Source: a virus. Taken from it: a DNA stretch of 64,000 bases. Below the pieces are notes generated by a model. The model had not been told where the DNA came from. It saw nothing but the letters and a program-made list of their open reading frames with translations, and did not search any database. Position numbers and translations under genes: made by a program. The stretch is taken from positions 32,001 to 96,000 of IMG/VR virus record IMGVR_UViG_3300014501_000001, one strand, 5' to 3'. This document shows, in pieces, positions 47,601-56,415 of this stretch. Every line of letters begins with the position of its first letter. Within the stretch, counting starts at the first letter, position 1.

Positions 47601-49481
47601 TACCTGTTCATCCCGCCCGCCATCTCGTGGACCGCGCAGGACAACGCCACCGTCTCGACCCTCGCGCCGTTCGCCCCGGATCCGGCGGGCCCGCCGAACG
47701 TGAGCCCCTGGTACATCCCGTTCTCCGGGTTCACCGAGCGCCTGCCCCAGTCCTGGGATGAGCTGCTGCGCGGCAAGGTCGAGGCGACGATCGTGGACGC
47801 CTGGGCCGGCGTCAACTACGTCCCCCAGCCCATCCTGATCGACGAGATCCAGAATGATGATCCCGGCTGGTACTGGCCGTGCACCGACCCTGCGGGGTCG
47901 TCCTCGGCGGCGAACCAGGCGGTCGGCAACACGAACCCGCTGGTCCTGGTGCGCTCCAAGTACGGCGCCGGCGGCGCGACGGAGGCGTTCGGCGGGCAGC
48001 CCGCGAACCCGATCCTCGGCGCCCAGGGAACCCTCCTGCTGACCACCTCCGGGTCGTTCCGCGCCTCGTCGCAGTCCGGCATGTGGGGGCAGGTCGTCAC
48101 CGCCGGCACCGCCTTCAACCAGGGCTACGGCCTGCAGTGCCTTGACCTCGGCTTCCCGTCCATCGCCAGCGGGATCACGGCCGAGGGCTGGTTCGAGATC
48201 GACGGCATCGCCACGTCGGCGGCGCAGGGCGTCCTGCTGTCCCTCGCCGGCGCCAGCACCGAGCAGTTCATCAGCGTCACCACCGGCCCCGGCGCCGGGC
48301 CGGCCGGCCTTAACTTCAACTGGATCACCGCGAACGACGTGCCCGGCGGGGTCAGCGTCGGGTTCCCCGGCGACGGCGTCCTGTTCCATCTCGCCGTCAC
48401 GCTCACCCAGGGCGCCTACAACGTGTTCTACAACGGGGTCAGCACCGTCTCCGGGTCGTTCCCCTCGCAGATCCCGGCGGACTTCACGTACCTGATGTGC
48501 TCCATGCTCGGGGTCGCGTCTGCAGGGAATCCGGCCCCGAACTTCAATGGCGGCGCCTATTCCGGGTTCACCGGCCACGTCGCGGTCTGGGACCGGATCC
48601 TGTCCCAGCAGCGGATCGCCACCCACTACCTCGCCGGCTCGACGGCGATGGCCGGGGAAGCCTCCTCCGACCGGATCGAGCGGCTGCTCCAGGCCGGGCA
48701 GGCGACCGGCCGGCGGGTGATCCTCCAGGAGACCGGCACCTCCGTGGATGCGGTCGTGTCCTGCCAGGACATCTCCGGGAGCCCGGCCTCGCAGGACGTC
48801 GCCAACATCACCACCAGCCTCGTGCCGGCCGTGTTCTACATCACGCCCGCCGGGGAGATGTACCACCTGGCCAAGCAGTTCGCCTGGAACCAGCCCGTCG
48901 TCTGGACGCTCGGCCAGGACGTCGCCAGCGGCCAGATCCCGTTCAAGGGGGACCTGGTTTTCGACTGGGACCCGACCCGGATCGTCAACCAGATCCAGCT
49001 CACCCAGCTAGACGACCAGTCGATCACCGTCCCCTCGGTGACTGCGGAGGAAACCGCGTCGCAGCTCGAGTACGGGACGATCAGCTACCAGCAGACCGGG
49101 TATTTGCAGGGCGATTCCTCGTCGCCGCTGACCGCCGGGCCGGGGCTGATGGACCTCGCGGACTACCTGGCTACCACGTTCGCGGCGCCGAGGCTGAGGC
49201 TCTCTGCGATCACCGTGGAAGCCTCCTCCAACCCGACGCTGTGGCCGTTCGTCCTCGGCGTCAGCCCCGGGGACATGATCACCGTGACGCGGGTCGCGCA
49301 GGAGAACGTGCTGGTCACGGTCACGGGGCGGGTGACGCAGACGGAGCGCACCTTCGAGTCGGGGATGTCGCCGGTCGCGTCAGTCAGCCTGCTCATCGAC
49401 CCCGCGCCTGAGGGCAACTGCCTTGCCTTGGACGATCCGGTCAGGGGACTACTAAATGGACAAAACGTCTTGGGCTGGTAG
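44664..49481 (+). CDS. Large tail tip protein: two Gly-rich domains, LamG-like domain, hub-like C-terminus
   Basis: Duplicated Gly-rich modules; GRQYEL...GTLLLDNPDG; ITAEGWF...HLAVT...GHVAVWDRILS. Confidence 0.8.
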   Translation: MATFTWTQAVAGTYTWVCPAGVTAAQVECVAGGAGGAGGSSGSAAGSGGGGGEYAAEPAQSVTAGSSYTVVVGAAGTAGATAGGTGGAGGNSTFAATSVVAHGGTGGTSSGSGGGAGGTGSSNTTHNNGGAGGGHGGKSDGGGGGGGSGGSGSAGNAGAASSSSTGGAGGTAVTGGGPGGAGGTSTAAGNAPASGPGGAGGGGGDASVAGGAGKPGRVIITVTILSPALFTSADTAWAFVVPAGITAIHAECWGGGAGGFQAGTSGGAGGGGGAYAGEPSLAVTAAGSYPFTIGAGGAANASGTSSVFAGDAVTVTANHGVVSAADGTGGAGGAAGSNTAAFAGGAGGTNGTTGGGGGGGSGGTAAGGNTGSNGSTVTGGSGATAVTGGGPGGGGGSAGGPGSAPASGPGGGGGGAGYTSTTNGAGFAGQVQLTWGTGVTGAVSALALAAPAGSVSAGATVAGAVAGLTFAAPAGSVVTGISVAGQVAGLTFAAPAGSVSAGATVAGATAALTLAAPGGSVTAGASAALTVSVAGSASFAFPLTAAGIPDPGTLSLPVPVSNFTGDWLFAIISWRQAPGTPPVTWSVGDDALGLTGTPGHNWWDPLGNPAGTSSGSGVTRTAVWVAPAARACSTVYIAPTDFYLSVACTVLDVAGMQPWYTLTGIDTAYVNSALSLPGLTLGAPSGPAFLITACSSDVITDTISRSGAGWTSLPTLTATNGTDLTSDLKQTPAWQVTSSSSSAGYSSSSGQDLSGVLGGVLVSAQKPGQPSRYWPVTIAEMAPGSGIGSPPDTLAWVATTARYLKMSVTQGRQYELATLSTGEGTLLLDNPDGALLPPGTGNFAGITAGTPYRLRTAWPGGAWQVSFHGNGSTAAPRISTGNIYPAAAGTVYSASAWLSCSPYYASGCHLTMNFRQSGGTFISAVSSSSVTGLAAALATVSGTAPANTGLIELVIAATGTPASTVTFYAAAVFSSGSPGYLFIPPAISWTAQDNATVSTLAPFAPDPAGPPNVSPWYIPFSGFTERLPQSWDELLRGKVEATIVDAWAGVNYVPQPILIDEIQNDDPGWYWPCTDPAGSSSAANQAVGNTNPLVLVRSKYGAGGATEAFGGQPANPILGAQGTLLLTTSGSFRASSQSGMWGQVVTAGTAFNQGYGLQCLDLGFPSIASGITAEGWFEIDGIATSAAQGVLLSLAGASTEQFISVTTGPGAGPAGLNFNWITANDVPGGVSVGFPGDGVLFHLAVTLTQGAYNVFYNGVSTVSGSFPSQIPADFTYLMCSMLGVASAGNPAPNFNGGAYSGFTGHVAVWDRILSQQRIATHYLAGSTAMAGEASSDRIERLLQAGQATGRRVILQETGTSVDAVVSCQDISGSPASQDVANITTSLVPAVFYITPAGEMYHLAKQFAWNQPVVWTLGQDVASGQIPFKGDLVFDWDPTRIVNQIQLTQLDDQSITVPSVTAEETASQLEYGTISYQQTGYLQGDSSSPLTAGPGLMDLADYLATTFAAPRLRLSAITVEASSNPTLWPFVLGVSPGDMITVTRVAQENVLVTVTGRVTQTERTFESGMSPVASVSLLIDPAPEGNCLALDDPVRGLLNGQNVLGW

Positions 49482-50126
49482 CCGCCGCCTGGCCGCGTTC
49501 TTTGCGCGGCGTGCCGCACTTCTTTGCGCAAGGCGCGCGCTGTCGCTAATCCGCGAGCATTCCCGGCATCGGCGCGTGCCCTTCTTGTCCACGTAGGTGT
49601 TCGCCGGGGTGAACTCATGCCCGTGGCAGCAGTGCGTTCTCCCTTCGACTCGCCGTGGCGGGATGCTCAGGTCTTTCACGCCGTGGCAGGTCCGGCATTG
49701 CCGACTGCCAGGCTGCGCCGGCGGAGTGTAGGTGTTCTCGGGCGTGAACTCATGGCCATGCTTGCAGTGGGTCTTGTTGGCCATGTGGTGGGTACCGTGG
49801 CGTACCCGGTCAAGCACGTTCTCGCGCCGGGTGTCGTAGGAGAGGTTGCTGAGCGCGCTATTGCCCGGATCACCGTCGCCGTGCAGGACTTCCTTACCGG
49901 GTGACAGCGGACCCAGGAACGCTCGTGTCACAAGGTTGTGCACGCTCCGGCGCTCAGACTGGCCCGCTCCCCTGCTGAGAGAGACGTACGGGTAGCCCTG
50001 CGGATCTATCGACGGCTTCTTGAGCCGTTCGCGCTTGACTCCCCATACCCGGCCGAAGTTGCTGACGTCATAACTTCCCTCGTAGCCGGGGACTGGCTTC
50101 CAGATTTCGGGCGTACCATCGCTCAT
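49452..50126 (-). CDS. NUMOD4-HNH homing endonuclease inserted antisense in the tail operon
   Basis: EIWKPVPGYEG.YDVSNFGRV; VHNLV..AFLG; H.DG...N..LSNL; two THC..GHEFTPENTY repeats. Confidence 0.9.
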   Translation of the reverse strand: MSDGTPEIWKPVPGYEGSYDVSNFGRVWGVKRERLKKPSIDPQGYPYVSLSRGAGQSERRSVHNLVTRAFLGPLSPGKEVLHGDGDPGNSALSNLSYDTRRENVLDRVRHGTHHMANKTHCKHGHEFTPENTYTPPAQPGSRQCRTCHGVKDLSIPPRRVEGRTHCCHGHEFTPANTYVDKKGTRRCRECSRISDSARLAQRSAARRAKNAARRRLPAQDVLSI

Positions 50127-50233
50127 GTCGGTCTCCTATCCAGATCGGCCGAGCCCGGGACGGTCTAAGCCGCCGTCGCCGGGGTTTTTCGTACCTCTAT
50201 TCTAGCGCAAGATCGCCGGGAACGGGGTGAGCG

Positions 50234-51397
50234 ATGCCCCTCCCGGTGCTCCCTGTTGCCACGACCTGGAGCAGCGAGGAGTTGGTTCTCGCACCCGCTC
50301 TCCGGGCGCAGGTATCCAACGCCGTGGCCCTGCTGGCGGCGCGGCCCATGTTCATCGGCACCCAGACCGCCGCCAACCAGGTGATCATCGACTCGACCAC
50401 CACAACTATCACGCTCGATACCGAGTTGGCTGACACATGGTCTGGCCACCAGATCGACACCGACCCGTCCCGGTACTACGGAATGCTGCCCGGTTACTAC
50501 CTGTGCGAGGCCACGGTCCCGCTGGTGGACACCGGCAGCCCCGGAACGGGCACCCTGTCAGCGCAGATCGGCGGCGTCCAGGCAGGCGGCGCGCAAACCT
50601 ACTTCGGCGGGATGCGGACCCCGAACAACAACGGGCACGCCACGACGGCGACCGCGGCGAAGCTGATGGTCATGCAGAACGTGGGCTACGGGACCGGGGA
50701 CTACATCCAGGCAGCCGTCTTCCAGTCCTCCGGCAGCCTCCAGTCCCTGACTAACAGCGCCACGAAGTTCCCGTACCTGTCGGCCCGGTGGGCGGGCGCG
50801 ATCGCGGGCACGCAGCCGCTGATCGTGCCGACGAACGACGCCTGGCCCGTCCCGCCCACGCTGCTCGGGCACGTTTTCATGAATAAAAACGTGAGAGATA
50901 CAATTTCCTACCTCATCTACCCGCCCGTGTTCGAGGCGCAGCAGGCCGCCAACCAGGCCCTCGCCTCCCAGTCCTCCGTCCCCGCCACCGGGACGACGAT
51001 CACGATGGGCAGCAACTCGGCCAGCGCCATCTCCGCGGATACCTACGGCGCGTGGTCCAACACCACGAACACGTGGACCGCCCCCGTCCCCGGCCTCTAC
51101 TATGCCTACGGCCAGGTCGGGCTGACTACCGCCGCCGGCGCGGTGTCGCACGCCGCCGGGCTCACCGTGAACAGCGCCAACTACAACTCGGGGAGCACTT
51201 ACACGATCTGGGGCGGGACGATGGCCGCCGGCGCCTCCACCGTGAGCGTCAACAACGTGCGGCGGCGGCTGCGGCTCAACGCAGGCGATACGATCCAGCT
51301 CGCCGGGTTCTACAACGACTCCACCTCGGCCAACGGCTCACTGAACGTGGCCGGGGCGTGGCGGTCCAGGCTGATAGTCGTCTGGGAAGCTGCCTGA
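50234..51397 (+). CDS. Minor tail/receptor-binding protein with two C1q-like modules
   Basis: Internal duplication; WTAPVPGLY, LNAGDTIQL. Confidence 0.65.
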   Translation: MPLPVLPVATTWSSEELVLAPALRAQVSNAVALLAARPMFIGTQTAANQVIIDSTTTTITLDTELADTWSGHQIDTDPSRYYGMLPGYYLCEATVPLVDTGSPGTGTLSAQIGGVQAGGAQTYFGGMRTPNNNGHATTATAAKLMVMQNVGYGTGDYIQAAVFQSSGSLQSLTNSATKFPYLSARWAGAIAGTQPLIVPTNDAWPVPPTLLGHVFMNKNVRDTISYLIYPPVFEAQQAANQALASQSSVPATGTTITMGSNSASAISADTYGAWSNTTNTWTAPVPGLYYAYGQVGLTTAAGAVSHAAGLTVNSANYNSGSTYTIWGGTMAAGASTVSVNNVRRRLRLNAGDTIQLAGFYNDSTSANGSLNVAGAWRSRLIVVWEAA

Positions 51398-51398
51398 A

Positions 51399-51908
51399 AT
51401 GTCCCTCTCGCCGCCGCTTATCCCGGTGTTCCCGGCCGGCTATGGCCCGCTCCCGGCCGATTTTGATACCTGGGTGCAGGATTCCTTCGGGTTTCTCACC
51501 GCGCAGGTCGTATTCCGCGCCGAGCAGCACACCACCCAGACCCTCAACGGGTTCACGCCCATCACCTACGACACGATCCTGGAGGACCCCTACTCGGGGT
51601 GGAATGCTTTCACTGGCGAATGGCTGGCACCATTCAGCGGCTGGTACGAGATCACCCTCGGGCACTCGATCGCCACGGCGACCGTGATCACCGAGGCGGT
51701 CCCGGAGATCAGCGGGACCTTGTACGAGATGTCGGAGGTCACGTGCACGAGCTCCAATGAGGGCGGCACGAGCGCGTCGCTGCTGGCGTCCATGGTCGGC
51801 GGGATCGACTACGTGCGGGGAGTGGCCTGGACCTCGGCGTCGGTGAGCATTGACGTGTCGTCAGAGGGCCGGGTTCCGTGGATCGAGGTCAGTTTTATAT
51901 CGCAATGA
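51399..51908 (+). CDS. Minor tail protein, paralogous module to the upstream gene
   Basis: ITYDT..EDPYSGW, WLAPFSGWYEI. Confidence 0.65.
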   Translation: MSLSPPLIPVFPAGYGPLPADFDTWVQDSFGFLTAQVVFRAEQHTTQTLNGFTPITYDTILEDPYSGWNAFTGEWLAPFSGWYEITLGHSIATATVITEAVPEISGTLYEMSEVTCTSSNEGGTSASLLASMVGGIDYVRGVAWTSASVSIDVSSEGRVPWIEVSFISQ

Positions 51909-52010
51909 CCCGTTTTAAGCTGAACTAGTAGCGTGGCGGCCCTGATCACCCTCCTCGTGGTGGTCTTCCACCGTTAGGACGCCAGCGAGGCCGGCAAGCC
52001 CTTTGGAGAG

Positions 52011-52280
52011 GTGGCGAGTTTGCGTTGGGGTACATGGTGGCTGGTAATCAAGGACATCCTGCTGACCGGGCTTGGCATCTTGACGATCTGGTCTCAGATC
52101 CGCTCAGCGCACCCGGACGGGTTCCTGATCGGCGCGGGCCTGGCTCTCACCGTGCCGTCCGTGGCCGAGCACGTGAGGGCACTGCTGCCAGGGCCTGGCG
52201 CTTCGCCCACCTTGCCGTCGTCGCCTTCTTCTGGGGAGCAGGCATCACCGCCATCGCCTGGGGGGCAGTCCGGTGAATGA
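52011..52280 (+). CDS. Holin-like two-TM protein
   Basis: Two hydrophobic segments; lysis region. Confidence 0.5.
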   Translation: MASLRWGTWWLVIKDILLTGLGILTIWSQIRSAHPDGFLIGAGLALTVPSVAEHVRALLPGPGASPTLPSSPSSGEQASPPSPGGQSGE

Positions 52281-52674
52281 GATGGAGGCCAGGTTCCGCG
52301 GCGCGAAGGGCGAGCGCGGCGAGCGCGGCGAGACTGGCACGGACGGCCCGCAGGGCTCGGCAGGCGTCATCCCGCCCCGGATCCGCCGCGCGTTCGCGTA
52401 CCTGCTGCTGCTCGCGCTCGCGCTCGCGGCAGCGAACCTGTTCTGGTCCTGGCACCTGACAACGGAATCCCAGGCCGCGCAGAGGTCCGCGCAGGCGATG
52501 GCGCACCGGCAGAGCGCGGTAGTCGAGCGCAAGATCTGCACCACGATGCGGGAACTCGCGGCACTGAGGCCCCCGGCCGGGAACCCGGCGGCTAATCCAA
52601 GTCGAGCCTACGATCAGCGCCTCCACGCGACGCTCGACCAGCTAGGAGCCGACCTGGGCTGCAACTCCCGCTGA
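52273..52674 (+). CDS. Membrane protein with a short collagen-like repeat
   Basis: GAKGERGERGETGTDGPQG plus one TM segment. Confidence 0.6.
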   Translation: MNEMEARFRGAKGERGERGETGTDGPQGSAGVIPPRIRRAFAYLLLLALALAAANLFWSWHLTTESQAAQRSAQAMAHRQSAVVERKICTTMRELAALRPPAGNPAANPSRAYDQRLHATLDQLGADLGCNSR

Positions 52675-52711
52675 GGACGCACCATCACAAGCCCATCACC
52701 AGGAGGTACCC

Positions 52712-52903
52712 GTGAGTAACGAGACAACCCCGCGCCGCCATTACAGCGGCGTGAACTTCGGCACCCTGTTCGTCGTCGCCGCGATCCTGTGCTTCATCCT
52801 CGCGGCGCTGGACGCATTCGGGACCATCAAGATCTCCGGGGGCGCCGCGCTCGGCCTGGTCGCCGTAGGTCTCGCCCTGTGGGCGGCTGCCGGGTTCGCC
52901 TGA
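52712..52903 (+). CDS. Small two-TM membrane protein
   Basis: AGGAGG RBS; hydrophobic. Confidence 0.6.
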   Translation: MSNETTPRRHYSGVNFGTLFVVAAILCFILAALDAFGTIKISGGAALGLVAVGLALWAAAGFA

Positions 52904-53008
52904 CCGTTCCCGCTCACCTGTCCCTGCCGGGCACCCCCGGCGCGTTCCCTCATGCCCGGAGGCGCACCCGCCCCCGGCCCGTTATCACCCAAACCGAAAG
53001 GCACCACC

Positions 53009-53302
53009 ATGGCCTCCATCACCAGCATGTCCTTCGACCAGGCGTCCTACGACCCCGGCGCCACCATGACGCTCACCGTCGAGTACGTGGCCGACACCCC
53101 GAGCGCGAACCCGGTCACCGGCACCGCTACCGCCGACATCACCAACTCGGGCGGCACGGTCACCGCGACCTCCTCGGCGCCGTTCGTCGTCAACGAGCCG
53201 GTAGCCGCCGGCGATGTGGTCTCCGTCAGCGATGACGGCGGCCGGACCTGGACTGAGGTCAGCGACTCGGGATCCGTCGCTGTCTTCACGGCAGTCGCCT
53301 GA
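53009..53302 (+). CDS. Small Ig-like beta protein
   Basis: GAAAGG RBS; FDQASYDPGATMTLTV. Confidence 0.55.
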   Translation: MASITSMSFDQASYDPGATMTLTVEYVADTPSANPVTGTATADITNSGGTVTATSSAPFVVNEPVAAGDVVSVSDDGGRTWTEVSDSGSVAVFTAVA

Positions 53303-53305
53303 TCC

Positions 53306-53506
53306 GTGCCTGCCGTCCGCGACCGTGAGCATCTCGCCACGGTCGTCATCACTGACGGTGCCGGCGACGTGCGCGCTGTCCGCAGCGCCTCGTTCCTGGT
53401 CCGGTACCGGTACTGCCCGAGGTGCGGGTGGGAACATCTCGCCGAGGACGTAGAGCGGGGCCTGTGGCGCTGCCTGTCGGCTTTCTGCGACTGGACCGGG
53501 ATCTAG
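53306..53506 (+). CDS. Small Zn-ribbon protein
   Basis: CPRCG...C...C. Confidence 0.45.
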   Translation: MPAVRDREHLATVVITDGAGDVRAVRSASFLVRYRYCPRCGWEHLAEDVERGLWRCLSAFCDWTGI

Positions 53507-53523
53507 CTGCACACACCCACGCC

Positions 53524-53562
53524 GCATGCCCGGAGCCGCCGAGGGAGCGGCTCCGGGCATGC
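53524..53562. terminator. Perfect 16-bp hairpin (terminator or RNA stabiliser)
   Basis: GCATGCCCGGAGCCGC-N7-GCGGCTCCGGGCATGC. Confidence 0.55.
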
Positions 53563-53585
53563 CATCTCAGCGCCAAGGAGGCAGC

Positions 53586-54158
53586 GTGAGCGCATACCAG
53601 CACGTCCCCCATCCCTGGCGCCATCAGCGCGCCCAGGAAGGGCCGGTCAAGGTAGCCGACCAGGGGAAGCAGGGCAGCGCGTTCGCCCGCTTCAACTCCG
53701 CTGCCGCGCTCAGGATCACCGCTGTCGTCGGCACGATGGTCTGCGGCTACGTCTTCGTGCTCCTGGCCCTGTACGGGCTGCCGACCGCAGTCAAGGCCGG
53801 GCCGTCCGGGATCGTGCTGTGGACCTCCAGCGAGTTCCTCCAGCTATGCCTCCTTCCGGTGATCATCGTGGGCCAGAACTTGCAGGCCAGGGCAGCCGAC
53901 GCGCGGGCCGAGGCCACCTACAACGACGCGGAAGCCGTGCTGCACGAGTGCACGCAGCTTCAGGAGCACCTGGCAGTGCAGGACGGCGTGCTCGAGCGCC
54001 TCATCGCCGCCGAGACCTCCCGCACTGAGGCAGCGGCAAGGAGCCTGGCCGCGCCTGCTGAGGTTCTCGCTCCCGCTAAGGGCACCACGGCGGCAAAGGT
54101 AGCTGCGGCGAAGGCAGACGGGCCGAAGCTGCGGGATCCGGGGAAGGGGAAGATGTGA
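53586..54158 (+). CDS. DUF1003-like membrane protein
   Basis: IT..VGTM, FLQL.LLPVIIVGQN. Confidence 0.65.
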   Translation: MSAYQHVPHPWRHQRAQEGPVKVADQGKQGSAFARFNSAAALRITAVVGTMVCGYVFVLLALYGLPTAVKAGPSGIVLWTSSEFLQLCLLPVIIVGQNLQARAADARAEATYNDAEAVLHECTQLQEHLAVQDGVLERLIAAETSRTEAAARSLAAPAEVLAPAKGTTAAKVAAAKADGPKLRDPGKGKM

Positions 54159-54736
54159 AGATCACCGTGCCGGGCCGCTGTCACGTCGGCAACGAGGGAC
54201 GGCTTCGCGGCCCCATCTCGATCAGCTACAACTCGCCATGGCCGTGCGCCAACGGCACCCCCGGCGGCTTCATCGCGCCCGCCCGCGGCGTGGTGCTCCA
54301 CACCGAGGTCGGCACCGAGGAAGGTACGCGCGCCTGGTTCAACAACCCGGCCGCGCAGGCATCCGCTTTCTTCTCGGTGAGCTTTGACGGCTCCGTGAGG
54401 CAGTACGGTCCCCTTGACGGCTGGATGGCGTGGAGTCAGGCAGAGGGCAACCCGGAGTGGATCGGCGTCGAGCACGAGGACGACGGCAACCCGGCCATCC
54501 CCTTCTCAGCTGGCCAGATCGCGGCGACGGCGCAGATCTTCGAGGCGACATCGGCTCACTTCGGCTTCCCGCTCGACATCACCGACAACACGGACGGCCA
54601 CGGGCTGATCTACCACGGCGCGGGGGGAGTTGCCTGGGGCGATCACCCGGACTGTCCTGGCGACGTCAGGAAGCACCAGCGGCCCGCGATCATCGCGGTC
54701 GCGAAGGCAATCCGCGCGCTCCCCGTGAAGCCGTGA
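54155..54736 (+). CDS. Endolysin, N-acetylmuramoyl-L-alanine amidase (catalytic domain only)
   Basis: VVLHT, ASAFF, AW...GN...IGVEHE, H..CPG. Confidence 0.85.
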   Translation: MKITVPGRCHVGNEGRLRGPISISYNSPWPCANGTPGGFIAPARGVVLHTEVGTEEGTRAWFNNPAAQASAFFSVSFDGSVRQYGPLDGWMAWSQAEGNPEWIGVEHEDDGNPAIPFSAGQIAATAQIFEATSAHFGFPLDITDNTDGHGLIYHGAGGVAWGDHPDCPGDVRKHQRPAIIAVAKAIRALPVKP

Positions 54737-54780
54737 GCGCCATGACGTAGGCTGAGCGTCCTCGCATCTGGCTGATAGCG

Positions 54781-54822
54781 AAACCGGCGCCGTCGTCCTT
54801 CGGGGCGGCGGCGCCGGTTTTT
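54781..54822 (+). terminator. Intrinsic terminator ending the late operon
   Basis: Long GC stem, cUUCGg loop, U tract. Confidence 0.85.
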
Positions 54823-54854
54823 CGCGTTCCCGCAGGCCAGGCGCTATGCCCGAA

Positions 54855-54905
54855 TGCTCTCGCTAATGGTGAAAGAGCACGCTTTAAAGAGCTTAGTGAT
54901 AGCTT
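54855..54905. other. Candidate attP
   Basis: AT-rich imperfect inverted repeat (TCGCTAA...TTAGTGA; AAAG...CTTT) directly upstream of the serine integrase. Confidence 0.35.
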
Positions 54906-54911
54906 AGCCGC

Positions 54912-56318
54912 ATGGTCGAACGATGCGCGCTCTATGCCCGCCTCAGCTACGCCCCGGACGGCTCCGTCGAGGCCGTCACCCGGCAGGAGGAGTTCGCCCG
55001 GGGACTGGCCGCCCGGCTGGGGTGGGGAGTCGGCGCGGTTTTCGTGGACAACAGCCTCTCAGCCTGGAAGCGCGGTGTCATCCGGCCCGGCTGGGACCGG
55101 ATGCTGGCCGGCCTCCGATCCGGGGCATGCGACGGCCTGGTTTCCTACCACGGCGACCGGCTCATCCGCAGCGACCGGGGCCTGATCGACCTGTTCGACA
55201 TCGCCGAGGAACGCGGCCTGCCGATGGCATCGGTGTCCGGCACCCGCGACCTGTCCAGCCCCGATGACAGGTACATCCTGCGCATCGAGGTCGCCGGGTA
55301 CATCAGGGAATCCGACAGCATCTCCCGCCGCGTGAAGGCCGCCCTGGAGCGCAACGCCCGGCTCGGGAAGGCCCGGCCGGGCAGGTACCGGGCCTACGGC
55401 TACGACCGGGCCGGCATGGAGATCATCCCCGGCGAGGCGGCGGTCGTGCGGGAGATGGCCGCCCGGATGCTCGCCGGCGCCGCGCTCAACTCCGTGCCCC
55501 GCTGGCTCAACGCGGAGAGCGTGCCGACCGTGACCGGAGCCCCGTGGATCCGCGCCACCGTCCGCTCCGTGCTGACCTCCCCGCGCATCGCCGGGCTGCG
55601 GGCACTGCGGGGCGACATCATCGGCCCCGGGCAGTGGCCGGGGATCCTGGACCGGGAAACCTGGGAGGACGTCCAGCAGGTCGTGAAGTCCTGGCACTAC
55701 GGCAAGGGAAGGGGGTCCAGGGTGCCCCGCGCTCACCTGCTCACCGGCATCGCCGCGTGCGGCTCCTGCGGGCGCGGCCTGCGGTCCCTGCGCCGCAGCG
55801 GCCACCCGGACAGGCACATCTACTGGTGCGACAACCCCGCGTGCCCCGGCCCGAAGGTCGCGCGCTCGGAGGAGCACCTGGACGAGTACGTGACCACCGC
55901 GACGATCACCGTGCTGAACTCGCCGGAAGCCCGCGCCTCCCGGCAGCAGCGGCAGGGCAGCCCCGTGCTCGCCGCGGAGATCGCGGCCCTGGAGACCCGG
56001 ATGAGCGCCGAGCAGGCCGCGATGGACGAGATGCGCGACAGCGGCGACCCCGACTACGACCCGGTACTGGCGATGCGCCGCATCGGGTCGTGGAAACGGC
56101 GCATCGCCTCGCTGCGGGGGCAGATGGAGGCCACCTCCCGCCAGCGGCTCATCGACGCCACGGGAGAACTCACCCGGGGGCAGTGGGACGGGCTGACCCT
56201 GGAGCGGCGGCACGCCATCATCTCGGCGCTGTGGGAGGTGACCGTGCTGCCTGCCGCGAGGAAGGGGAGGCAGCCATTCGACCCGGAGTGCGTGCGGCTG
56301 GTGCTGCGGGAGGACTGA
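54912..56318 (+). CDS. int: Large serine recombinase (integrase)
   Basis: YARLS catalytic motif, DRLIR, recombinase domain, Zn ribbon CGSCG...Y.C, coiled coil. Confidence 0.92.
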   Translation: MVERCALYARLSYAPDGSVEAVTRQEEFARGLAARLGWGVGAVFVDNSLSAWKRGVIRPGWDRMLAGLRSGACDGLVSYHGDRLIRSDRGLIDLFDIAEERGLPMASVSGTRDLSSPDDRYILRIEVAGYIRESDSISRRVKAALERNARLGKARPGRYRAYGYDRAGMEIIPGEAAVVREMAARMLAGAALNSVPRWLNAESVPTVTGAPWIRATVRSVLTSPRIAGLRALRGDIIGPGQWPGILDRETWEDVQQVVKSWHYGKGRGSRVPRAHLLTGIAACGSCGRGLRSLRRSGHPDRHIYWCDNPACPGPKVARSEEHLDEYVTTATITVLNSPEARASRQQRQGSPVLAAEIAALETRMSAEQAAMDEMRDSGDPDYDPVLAMRRIGSWKRRIASLRGQMEATSRQRLIDATGELTRGQWDGLTLERRHAIISALWEVTVLPAARKGRQPFDPECVRLVLRED

Positions 56319-56415
56319 GCGGGCTGTCCGCAGACGACCAGAGTCAGCGAGAATAGTTCGGCTTTTGCGCGCGGCGCGCTGGGAAGGGCGTTGAGCCCCC
56401 TGTATAGTACGGCTT

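Noticed and set aside
45504-48866. Long antisense ORFs (also 41665-43629, 6878-8644, 55059-56462, 22180-23580)
   Set aside because: Shadow frames of GC-rich sense genes; Arg/Gly/Pro-rich with no motifs or RBS.
50234-51908. Diversity-generating retroelement target
   Set aside because: No reverse transcriptase and no template/variable repeat pair found in the window.
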